Part shown: positions 38,442 through 48,784 of the stretch, piece by piece | How positions within the stretch are numbered: the stretch's first letter is position 1 | Layout of the letters: every line of letters starts with the position of its first letter | Source: Cetorhinus maximus | Taxonomy: Eukaryota | DNA length: 64,000 bases | Direction of reading: 5' to 3' | Assembly: GCF_964194155.1 (NCBI RefSeq) | Contig: NC_135890.1 | Span: 117,986,001 to 118,050,000 of the forward strand | The notes under the pieces: generated by a model | The model's database searches: none | The model's input: the letters and a program-made list of their open reading frames with translations, nothing else | What the model was told of the DNA's origin: nothing | Translations under genes and position numbers: made by a program

Positions 38442-39697
38442 AAAAAAAAATGGTAAAATTAGGTACAGGATGGTTGGTAAGTGATGACAGCAGAACCTAT
38501 TCCAGAAAGGAGCTAATGCCTTCAGAACAGGAGAAAGAGGTGGGTCAAAAGGGGGGAAAAAAGGAGGCAGAGGCTTAGCTGTGATTCCTCCACAGTTGAA
38601 TAGCTTACCAACATTATGCTATGCATCATTAATGATCACGAGTGGGATATCTTATCAACATCTTTAACAGAAGAAGAAATCAAAGACAATTTCCAAGAAT
38701 TGTTATTTGAAGAAGTAAGGCATGGAAGTGAAATTTCATTTAAACTATAGTTTCTGATGTACTGCAACTGATAAATGATCTCTCATGTATAACAAATGCA
38801 TTTTAGTAGATTACTATCAATTAAATTCAGGCACATCTCAGGAGTCTGAACTGTCTGCAAGCTGAGGACTTGATGCTATTACGAAGGTGATTGTATACAT
38901 TTTATAAAATAATAAACAATAGATGGAGGTAATCCAATCTCAAGCTTCTCAGTTAATATTCATGGATGAAAATGTCATTCCCAACATCCACACGAACGCA
39001 GGCATCACATGAAGGTGATCGGGACCAGCGTTACTGGAAGATTTTCCCCATGTCAATGCAGAGACATTAAGTCCACCTGTACCACCCTTTTTCTCAGCTT
39101 CTGTTAGCCTACTTTTAACGTTGCATTTTTAACATCGAAGGCGACAATTGAAAATAGTGCTATTGGTTACAAATTCTTTTTTCTCCCCATTGGTCATGAA
39201 AAATAATTTAGTCAACATGGGAGCTGACTCAGTGCATTTTATTTAGGTTAATCGTCACTGATTGCCTGATGATAGGATTTGCTTTGAAAGTTAATCCCTC
39301 TTGATGCCTCTTTAGATGCTGCTGTTTACAAAGACTATCTGAAGGCTCTTGGACTTGTCTCTCACACACTTTACAACAAAGCGCTGCTGTTCTTACATGA
39401 AGTGACAGCCCATATTTTCAATCCATACTCCCAGCAAGGGATTATTCAGCTGGAGCCAGATGGCAAGACTTGACGTATGTTAGGGGATCGTGGGAGAAAT
39501 GCTGCACATCACTTGTAAAGCATTCAGTGTAAACAGAGTGTACTAACATTCCGCATTTTACAATAATGGAGCAGTCATTGCTGCATTGTTCTATTATTGA
39601 GCCATATCAACCACATGGCTCCAGGCATTTTTGATCTTTAGTCTATCTGATCTCAGTATTTGCGATGTTGCAACTGGACCCAGCCAAGGGGGTGGAA

Positions 39698-39872
39698 NNN
39701 NNNNNNNNNNNNNNNNNNNNNNNNNNNNNNNNNNNNNNNNNNNNNNNNNNNNNNNNNNNNNNNNNNNNNNNNNNNNNNNNNNNNNNNNNNNNNNNNNNNN
39801 NNNNNNNNNNNNNNNNNNNNNNNNNNNNNNNNNNNNNNNNNNNNNNNNNNNNNNNNNNNNNNNNNNNNNNNN
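39698..39872. other. Assembly gap (175 N)
   Basis: Run of N. Confidence 1.
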
Positions 39873-40094
39873 CAGAATGGGCTATGATTCTGACCACAGT
39901 TGAACAGTCTGCTAATTTTTCTAGATGCAAATGAGAAGAATGACCACTGGGATGAAGTAGCAGATAGTTGTTGGTATCCATGGAGCTGTACCAAAGCAAG
40001 ACTTGGCAGCTTTGGGGTGGTGGGATGAGGGGAGGGGGATCAGGGTGATGGATGAGGAGAAAACTAGGGAGAAAGCAGACATAACTTTCCAATA

Positions 40095-40470
40095 ACAACA
40101 ACTAAAGAACAATTTGCATTTGTATTGCATTTTTAATGTAATAAAATGTTCCAAGATTCTTTGCAGTAATGTTACCAGACAAAATTTGACACCGAGCCAT
40201 GTAAGTGGGTATTAGGTCAGCTAACTGAAAGCTTGGTCAAAGAAGTAGATTGTAAGGAGTGTTTTAAAGGACTAAAGCCAGGCTGAGAAGTTTTGAGAGC
40301 TTAGGACCCAGACAGCAGAAGGCATGGCCACCATTGATGAAATGATTAAAATCAGGGCTGTGCAAGAGAGCAGAATTGAACGAGCTTAGAGATGTTGGAG
40401 GATCGTAGGTCTGGAAGAGGTTACAGAGGTAGGGAAGGGCAAGGCCATGGAGGGATTTGAAAACAATTCA
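40095..40470 (-). mobile_element. L2 LINE 3' fragment
   Basis: Reverse complement of the L2 tail seen at 25720-26080 and 54400-54760. Confidence 0.7.
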
Positions 40471-41558
40471 ATATAGTAAACGATTGCAAGATCTTAATCT
40501 TATCATTTGTTTAATCTAATTTCCCAATAATTCATTTGAAAACAATTATTGCATGAGGTTAGAGTAAACTGCTTGCAACTGCTCTGATTGGTGTGATGTA
40601 ATAGGTCATTATAATTTTAACATTATTTAGCTTGTTGAAAAAAAAAGCACAATTAGTTGGAAAAATAAAGATTTAAATTCCCTGAAATTGCATTTCTAGT
40701 TTGCCTGGGTGGCTTTTACTGTGTGAGGCAAAAAGCAGGGAGAAGAAAACAAATGACTTGATATAATAGCACCTTGTTGTATCCCTCAGAACATTCCAGA
40801 ATATTCATGGCTTACTTTTGAAATGTAGTCACTGGCAAACACAGCAGCCAATTTTCAGAAGGCTATAAACATCGAAATGGAAAATATCATAGCTTGCCAT
40901 TTTTAAAATTTATTTTGTAATTGCTATACTGTAATTTGGAAAGTGTATTTCTGGTATTTCCTTAATTGTATTGCACATAAAGAATAGCCCAGATAAATCC
41001 AGTGAAATTAAATTGGCATAGAGTCAGAGTTTTAGAGCACGGAAAGAGGTTCTTTGCCCCATCGTTTCTGCGCTGGTCCATCAAGCCCCTAAAATATTCA
41101 AAAATTCAAAAAATTTAAAATATTGTATTCAATCATAAATCTTGCAATAAAATTGAAATGAACATAAAACTTTATTTCTGGAAATGAGAAAATGTAGTCG
41201 CTCTATTACGGTACAATGTGAAAACCTAACAGAAATCCCATTTAAGATTAAACAGTTATTCTGTACACAACCATTTCTATTTATTCAAAATATCAATGCT
41301 GTTGTCTGCAGCTGTGAAGTCAAATCATTTTGAGAATTAAATTTTAGTCCATTGTTATTTAAGATCATATTTTTGACCTTCCTCCACACAACAGCAACTT
41401 GTTAATGAGTTCTCTGTTGCTTGGTTGATAAGGCCCTTTCCAATGGGCATTGCAGTCGTTGAGGCAATGATCTGCCCACTGAGGTATGCAAAGGGTCAGT
41501 GGGTTCGCATATCCGATCACTTAGCCATTACTCCTGATGGCATTCATGCATGAGTAAA

Positions 41559-41948
41559 TGGAGAAGATGGTGGCATAACAGTAATGTCACTGAACTAGTA
41601 ACCCAGAGGAACATGGGTTCAAACCTACCATGACAGCTGGTGGAATTTAAATTCAATCAATAAAACCTGGAATCGAAAGACAGTCTCAGTAATGATACCC
41701 ATGAAGCTATTGTCGATTGTTGTTTAAAAACCCATCTGGTTCATTAATGTCCTTTATGGAAGGAAATCTGCCATCCTTACCTGGTCTGGCCTATATGTGA
41801 CTCCAGACCCACAGCAATATGGTTGACTCTAAACTGCCCTCTGAAATGGCCTAGCAAGCCACTCAGTTCAAGGGGAATTAGGGATGGACAATAAATGCTG
41901 GCCTTGCCAGTGATGCCCACATCCTATGAAACAATAAATAAAAGAAAA
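41559..41948 (+). mobile_element. HE1-type SINE, full length
   Basis: Same head, body and tail as the 22053 copy. Confidence 0.88.
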
Positions 41949-42599
41949 TACTGAGATAGGATTGGGCTAACCTATTTTGCTACCCCATTGTTGTGATTAG
42001 CTGACTAACACTCCTATCCAGAATATGTAACTAATGTACTTATCATATCTCAGCATAAGGAACGTGCTTCAAGAGACAAGGGGAGGAAATTGGAGAGAGA
42101 GAAAAGAGTATCTACCATTAGGATCTGTCAATTAATAATTCATGTCTTGAAATTTGTAGAAAATCATTACAGTACATATTTTCTTTCTAACGAACAGTTG
42201 GCATTGAAGATATTCCCTGGACAGCCTAATAACAACATTGTCCTTGTAATCAAATGTCTTGCATTAAAATTGAAATGAGCATAAAACTCTATTTCTGGAA
42301 ATGAGAAAATATAATAGCTCTACTATGGTACTATGTGAAAACCTAACAGAAGCTGAACTTGCACTAGTCATGGGAAGGCTTGTCCTGAGGGTATAACTTA
42401 AATCTTGATTTCTCTCTCTTCAGTTTGTTTTGTAAGTCTAAGGCATGCAGACTTGAAAGGATATGGCTGACAACTGGTTTAGCCAACACCACAAGATCAG
42501 CCCGGACAACATGAAGGCCTATTGGGTCCAGCTCTTGTCTGCTAAAACTGTTCACTAAACCAGGATCATCCTGGAATGCAAAGATGACCCCAGTTTCCT

Positions 42600-43165
42600 T
42601 TCTCTACCACAAACCATCTTCTTAAACTCTCTTCACTCCATCCTCACCTCCAACAATACGTGCAAGGAGCTCAGGCACATTTTTGTCACCAAAATCAAGA
42701 CAATCAAATCAGCTGCCTCTGCCATGCCCCTCCCTTCCTCTAGCCCACCAGGCCAAACTTCTAAAGCCCCCTGTCCTTGTCCTGAAGTTGTATCTTTCTC
42801 TAGTTTCCTGTCTAATCAAATGCCCTCCCCAAGCTCATCCTGTCCATGAGACCCACCTTCTGCTCTCTCTCATCCAATTCCCACTGACTTGTTGAGCACA
42901 CAATTTCTGTTCCTGGTTCCCATGTTAGCTGATATTGTTAACGGTTCTCTCTCCTCAGGAGGCGTTGAACCTCTCTCCTTTAAATCTTCCACCATCACCT
43001 CCCTCCTCAAAAACCAATCCTTGACCCCACCGTCCTTGAAAACTATCATTGCATCTCCAACCTCACTTTCCCCTCCAAAGTCCTTGAAAAAGTTCCCGCC
43101 TCCCAAATCTATGCCCTTCTTTCCCAGAATTATATGTTTGAATCTCTCCAATCAGGTTTCCGGAT
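42600..43165 (+). mobile_element. L2 LINE ORF2 fragment
   Basis: LVPMLADIVNGSLSSG..PLSFKS..IT.LLK; a frameshifted FES.QSGFR follows. Confidence 0.75.
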
Positions 43166-44539
43166 GAAAGACAAGGCAAGAAAGTTGAAGGGTCGAGACT
43201 GGAGGACACAGATTTAAGATAACCATGAGGTGGAAAACATTATGCAGCAGGTTGTTATTGTAGTATAAGGGTATCTGGCATAGCAAGGGTTAATGTAACA
43301 CCCACAGGGTGATATGAAGAGACACATGACCTGAGACTGGAAGGTGTTGTGGACGGGACAGAGACCTGTGTAGAAGCAAGCATGGAGTTAGCTCCTAGCT
43401 TGGACTATACTTTGTATATACAGTTATGTGTTACCAACAAACACTCAATGTTCAACCACACAAAACTTAGAACCTCTTCATGAGGCCTACTGAATATACA
43501 TCACACAAAATGGTGACAGCTCTTGAAGAAACCCAGAACCTCAGAGAAGCCGAAGCTGAAATCCAAAAGCTGGAAAATTAAAGGAGCAGCATTCTGACCT
43601 GACTGAAAGCACCTGAAGTGAAGACACAAAGGGAGATTTTTGAGAGAAGCTCCATGGCAGAATTGGAAGCAGCAGGCAGAAGAAAAATACTCCACTGTGC
43701 AGCTGTGGACTCCATAAGATCGTGGAGGTTGAGTTTGAATACCCACAGAGTGCAGAGTCAAAGGACCTATTGAGGTGAACTAAAAAAATTAGGTTCTTGG
43801 CCAGAACTAGCTTACAAGAGTTTTCAGTCTTTTAAAATTCAGAGCAGTCTGCTTTTGAAAGCACTGCTGCTAGCCCGGGTTCAGATTCGGTGCCATACCA
43901 CAAGACAGCTGAGCTCGTTGTAAGAGAAAAAAAGAAGCAGAAAGTTAAAAAAACCCCAGCCAAAGCCAGGAAATGACATTAAAACACTTGAAAATGCACC
44001 AATATTTCAGGGAACGCCCATGGATAATAAATCGACTTTGCCAGACCAATTTGGACTGATCGAAGGGCCAAACCAGATTCAAAATGGGCTGTCTTGGAGA
44101 AGAAAATTTTAAGTTGCTGGAGTCTATCGGGCCTAAGGAAGAAATCAGAGGTAGTCCAGATTAATACACTTTTCTACTTATTGGAGTTTGCAGATAAAGT
44201 AATCCTAATGCAATGCATTGATAAATCCTCAACCAGCTTTGATGAGATATTAAAAGCCTTTGATAAGTATTTTAATCTTCAAGTTGTGGAGCACTCAGAG
44301 CTTAAAAAGAGGGATAGAAAACTCCCAGAAAATATATGAAAGGGAAAAAGACAATACGCAAGCAAACCACTCAATGGTGGCAGATAGGCAGAGAAACAGT
44401 TGGCAGTCATAAAAATAAATCTTTTGGGAAGAGCCAACATATTCCCCAAACTACAACAGCAGGTGGCAGTGCTGAGCCAACTGACTATGATCGAAGGAAA
44501 AGTCGTAGTGCGTTCTAAGCTAAAAGTGGACAGTGAAGC

Positions 44540-45710
44540 CACAAATAGCACCATTTCAGAACTGAAACAAGTTAAGACTCCACCAGAGACAGACCTGGCT
44601 AACAGTGAAGCCAAAATGAAGGACAGGACATAACTCTGCTGCAGGTGGAGAAAGAAAAGACAGAAATAAGATTGAAAAATGTTTGCATAAAAGCTGTATT
44701 GGAAGTTTTGAAACAAGATTCAAGCTGAGTATATACCTTTGGAAATGCATGGTAAACTAAATTTTCAATGAACCAAACTGTTCATGATTTGAACAAACAA
44801 ATTTCTGAGGTGTCACAAAGGTAGGCTTTGAAAGAAACAAAATTATCAAATGTTGAGAAGATTGCAATAAGTGTAAATCTGAATCATGTAGACTCAGGAC
44901 ATATCTCCAAAAAAGCACAAAGAAGAACAACTCTCAATTCCATTGTTAGCAAATCAAAGAGGGAGATGGAAAAAGTCAACCAGAAGTATAGCCAGGCACA
45001 GCAGCAGGCAGAAAATATACTCAAAGAAGTTGCTGCCTTGAAAGACTCTGAGGAATCAACACGTGCCCCTTCAAAAACATGAGAAGATAAAAAAGATGTT
45101 GAATATAACTTCAGAAAAAGATGCATCGGAACTATCAGTAACGACAAAGCAATGCACTGAAGCATAATGAGATGGCAAGAGCTGAACAGAAAATAAACAG
45201 TTGAAAGAACAGCTGATAGACCTTCAAGATCAAATGCAAAATGAGCAGATAACCCTTCAGCAATTTGAAGAAATGAAGAATGCCTTGAACAGCAGAAAAA
45301 AATTGAGAATTATAAGAAAACTCAAGATGAAGTAATTGAGTTTTGCAAAGGAAAGGAAAATCTGTTGAAGGACCTTCAAGTGCTACAAGGATCCTCAGGT
45401 CAAAGTCTGTTTCTCTGGAAAATTACAAAGAGAAGCAAAGTAAGTTTAATATCATACTGAAAGAACTGAATAGCCAGTTGGCAGAGAAGACTCATGAATG
45501 TTCTATATTCCAGAAGGAAGCCAAGGTATACAAAAAAGGGACTACAGAGCTGAGAAAATGGTTGTATGTTTTAAAGAAAACTTGGAAAAACATTACATTT
45601 CCAAAGATATATATGAAGAGATGAATATCAAGAACCTAGTTTGGCAAGAGATAGTAGGAGTTCTCACAAAAGAGCACATTAGTAGAAGTAAAACTACAGA
45701 ATGGGACCTT
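44540..45710 (+). pseudogene. Decayed UACA/ankycorbin-family coiled-coil fragment inside the LTR element
   Basis: IQAEYIPLEMH..VHDLNKQISEVSQR, QMQNEQITLQQFEEMKNAL..ENYKKTQDEVI and VSLENYKEKQSKFNIILKELNSQLAEKT are collinear with the UACA coiled coil as recalled. Many stops and frameshifts. Confidence 0.6.
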
Positions 45711-45754
45711 GAAAGAAAGCACAGAGGAATTAGCAAAGGAAAAACAGTTTGGTG

Positions 45755-46350
45755 TAGAGAACCAAATTTCACGTGCGAGAGATGAGTTTGCTAATGAAAA
45801 ACGAGAACTGGTAAGAACACCTGAGTGTCACTCACAGGAAGTAGAACACTTGAAGGAGAACTTGAAACACCTGAATGATGAACTTGTAGAGGCAAATTCA
45901 TCAAAGATTAATTTTCAATTAAAACTTGATAAACTTCAAGCATCTTTATTAAGTATCGTGAAAAATGCCTGCAACAGGAGAAGGGTCAGAACAGTTAGTT
46001 AAATGCAGAATTAACCAAAACTGATGAAATTCTTGAACTTTGATCCAATCTGGACAACGTGAAGGGTGAGATGTGCAAAATGGAAGAACAAATGCAGACT
46101 TTGAAAGCAGATATGGAACACCCTAAGAAACAGATTGAGGATCTAACGAGTGAATTGAATGCGTCTAAGGGGCAGTCAGTGACCATGGAAGAAAGGTTCT
46201 GAAAAGAACTGAATGTCCAGGTGAAGTTATTAAACTTATATAAAGTTCTGCAGAGACTCTGAAACTAAGACAACTGAACTTATCAGAGTAGTTGCTGAGT
46301 TGAATTAAAAGATTCATAAGCTCGAAAAACAACTGGAAAAGAAGAGAGTA
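45755..46350 (+). pseudogene. TPR: Decayed intronless TPR (nucleoprotein TPR) N-terminal coiled-coil fragment inside the LTR element
   Basis: NQISRARDEFANEKRELVRT...SQEVEHLKENLKHLNDEL.EANSSK..FQLKLDKLQAS and EILEL*SNLDN..EEQM...MEERF*KELNVQVKLLNLYK-SAE-SETKTTELIRVVAEL. These match the recalled TPR motifs EKRDLIRT, LQLKLDELQAS and [26 protein letters not shown]. Confidence 0.8.
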
Positions 46351-46789
46351 AACAAATATTTGGGAAATATTCTGCAACAAGTGGAAAGGAAGATTCCATG
46401 TTTGAAATGTAAACTCCTACAAAGATCACAGTGGACCACTGCAAAAAGAATCACCGAGTTCGCACCACGAACGAACGGAGTGAACATTCTCTCCAAAAAG
46501 AATGGGATGAGCTGGTGGACTTTGAGCAGACTAGATAGGGAGTTGACGAGGAGAGGTTCAATTCCAAGGAGTGGAAACAGAAAATTAGAAATAGACAACC
46601 AGTGTCAGAAAGACAACCTACAACTCATCCACCTAATCAACGCAGTCTATCACTCCGCCAAATGTAACCAAATCTTCTTCTGGAAGAATCGTCAAGCTTC
46701 CAGATCTTCTGAATCTGTAAAGTCAGAGGCTTGGGAGGAGTGGGGTGGGGTTGGAGGGAAGGGGTAGCATAATGTAATGTTAATAATAA

Positions 46790-46890
46790 CAAAAACAGAA
46801 AAATTGGAAAAACTCAGCACGTCTAACAGCGTCTGTGGAGATAAAAACAGAGTTAGCGTTTTGAGTCCATATGACTCTTCTTCAGAGCTG
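46790..46890 (-). mobile_element. Penelope pLTR nested in the LTR element
   Basis: The reverse strand reads ctgaaga-agagtc-atatg-gactc-aaaa-cgct. Confidence 0.65.
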
Positions 46891-47630
46891 TAGAGCTGAG
46901 CTTACAGAATTGCAATGTAATTGTAAAGAGTTGGGGGAGGTGTAGTATAAGGGTATAGCAAGGGTTAATGTGGACTGGGTACTGTACTGCTCACAGGGTG
47001 ATGTAAAGAGACAGATGACCTGAGACTAGGGGGAGTTGTGGACTGGACAGAGGCCCGTGCAGAAGCCAACAGAACAGCATCTAGTAAGGGCTGGACCTTG
47101 GGAGATGTATATAGTTATGTGTTACCAATAAGCACTTAATGTTCAACCACGAAAGACTCTGAACCTACTGAAAAGACAACATACAACAGTTACGATCTGG
47201 AATGCATTACCTGCAACAACGGTGGAAGCAGATTCATATACCTACAAACATAATTATATAAATACTTCAAGGCAAACAATAATTGCAGGACTCTGGGGAA
47301 AGAGTAAGGGACGAACTGAATAACTCATTAAGACTATGATGTGAACAACCTGCTTGCTGAGCTGCATCAGTCTGTAACTCAGGCGCACTCAGCATGAATG
47401 GAACAAAAAGCAACCAGAACGGCTGGGAGCGTGACGTGCACCTCCGGCCGAGCCAATAGGAAAAGTTTTGCAGGAGGGTGAGCCTCCAATCGAAAGGAGG
47501 AAGAATCTCCGGCCCATTGTTCAATGCAAAACAGGAGGGCGGGTCCTCTCGGAAAGGGGGCGGGGCGGTGAATGGATTGTTCAATCAGGACGATCGGGAT
47601 GTTCGGGAGCCGGGCTGCGGCTTGACGACT

Positions 47631-48060
47631 GTTAAGCCCCGCCCCTTCCCATGTAGCCCCTCCTCCTCCACTGTCCGTCTGGCGCGTGCCGTTAAGCCCC
47701 GCCCCTTCACCGGAGCCACACCCCCCCACCGCCGCAAGACCCGCCCCTCTCGTTCTGTCCATTTGACACGGGCGGTTAAGATCCACCCTTTATCCCCAAA
47801 CTCCGCCCCCTCACCCTCTGTCCATGTGGCGCAGGCCGTTAAACTCCACCCCTTCCCTGCAAACCCCGCCCCCTCTCGCGCCCTCGCGTGCAAGCTGCAC
47901 CCCGTTTCACGCGCACTGTCCATCTGGCGCGGGCCTTAAGCACCGCCCCTTCGCCGCAAGATCCGCCCCCTCGCGTTCACTTTGCACCTGGCGCGGGCGG
48001 TTAAGCCCCGCCCTTTCGCCGCAAGACCCGCCCCCTCGCGTTCACTGTCCATCTGGCTCG
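47631..48060 (+). repeat. GC-box minisatellite, 6 units of about 60-100 bp
   Basis: Units start gttaagccccgcccctt (47631, 47691, ~47775, ~47838, ~47936, 48000) and end ctgtccatctggcgcg. Confidence 0.85.
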
Positions 48061-48297
48061 GTTGCTAGGGGGGGGTGGGATTTTTCTCCTGCCTCCTCCG
48101 CCCGCTTCCCCACCCCCCCCCCCCCCGGTCTCGGCCCTCGGCCTCCTCACTCGCCTGGCAAGCCTTGTCGCTGAGCTCGGTCGGGGTTTGTTCGCGGCGA
48201 GGCGTTTCAATTTATTATTTTAAATTTTTTTGTTGTTGTTGCGCGCGCGGCTCAGCCCCTCACTCTCTTCCTCTCGAGACTATGTGGAAATTACAGG

Positions 48298-48395
48298 ATG
48301 CCCAGTGGAAAGAAATTTAAACCCACCAAATACATACCGGTCTCCACAGCCGCCGCCTTGCTAGTTGGTGCCACCACCTTATTCTTCGTCTTCAC
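48298..48395 (+). CDS. ZDHHC8: ZDHHC8 (palmitoyltransferase) coding exon 1
   Basis: [32 protein letters not shown](T) then GTAAG, phase 2. Matches the ZDHHC5/8 N-terminus; position next to RANBP1 favours ZDHHC8. Confidence 0.9.
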
Positions 48396-48756
48396 GTAAG
48401 TAAGGAGGGGAGTATTCCCCCCGGGTGGTGGCGGCGGTGCAGAAGGCTGAGTGGGTTTGGATTGATTTGTGTCCGGTTGCTAGGCGGTTAGTTTGACAGG
48501 AGCTGCAGGCCCGACAGTGCTGTCTGGGCATCTGCTGCTCCCATTGCAATGATTTGCTGCTCTACCCTTTTGTATTTATGCACCAAACATGTGTGTTACT
48601 GTCAAAAGATAATCCGAATGCTTTGCAATTTAAATTGCATTCTACTTTTTGACGTGCATTGAAATCTATTCATGTGGTTGTGATTTATTTTGAATATTGA
48701 AATTGTGTACAACATACTGTGTCCGTAAGTGTATGTTATACCTGTATGTGATATGA

Positions 48757-48784
48757 GTGTGTGTATATATATATATATATATAC
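48757..48784 (+). repeat. (GT)n(AT)n microsatellite
   Basis: gtgtgtgtatatatatatatatatatac. Confidence 0.9.

Larger units (their letters stand above)
43259..47188 (+). mobile_element. Non-autonomous Gypsy-type LTR retrotransposon carrying captured host-gene fragments
   Basis: LTRs 43259-~43507 and 46941-47188 (TGTAGTATAAGGGTAT...CA). PBS-like TGGTGACAGC at 43511, PPT before 46941, TSD gttat/gttac. gag-like QINTLFY..ADKVI...FDEILKAFDKYF; integrase-tail-like SSGRIVKLPDLLNL* at ~46680-46720. Inserted in a CR1 3' fragment. Confidence 0.88.
47410..48520 (+). promoter_or_regulatory. ZDHHC8 CpG-island promoter and 5' UTR
   Basis: Very GC/CpG-rich. TGACGTG ~47432, CCAAT ~47453, many GC boxes, GTTGCTAGG at 48061 and ~48476. 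Confidence 0.85.

Noticed and set aside
39631-40101. ORFs spanning the N run
   Set aside because: Artefacts of the assembly gap.
47631-48060. Repeat-spacer appearance resembling a CRISPR array
   Set aside because: Eukaryotic context, degenerate repeats, related rather than unique spacers, and no cas genes.
47267-48320. Several 100-150 aa ORFs on both strands of the CpG island
   Set aside because: Explained by stop-codon scarcity in the GC-rich minisatellite; no protein motifs.
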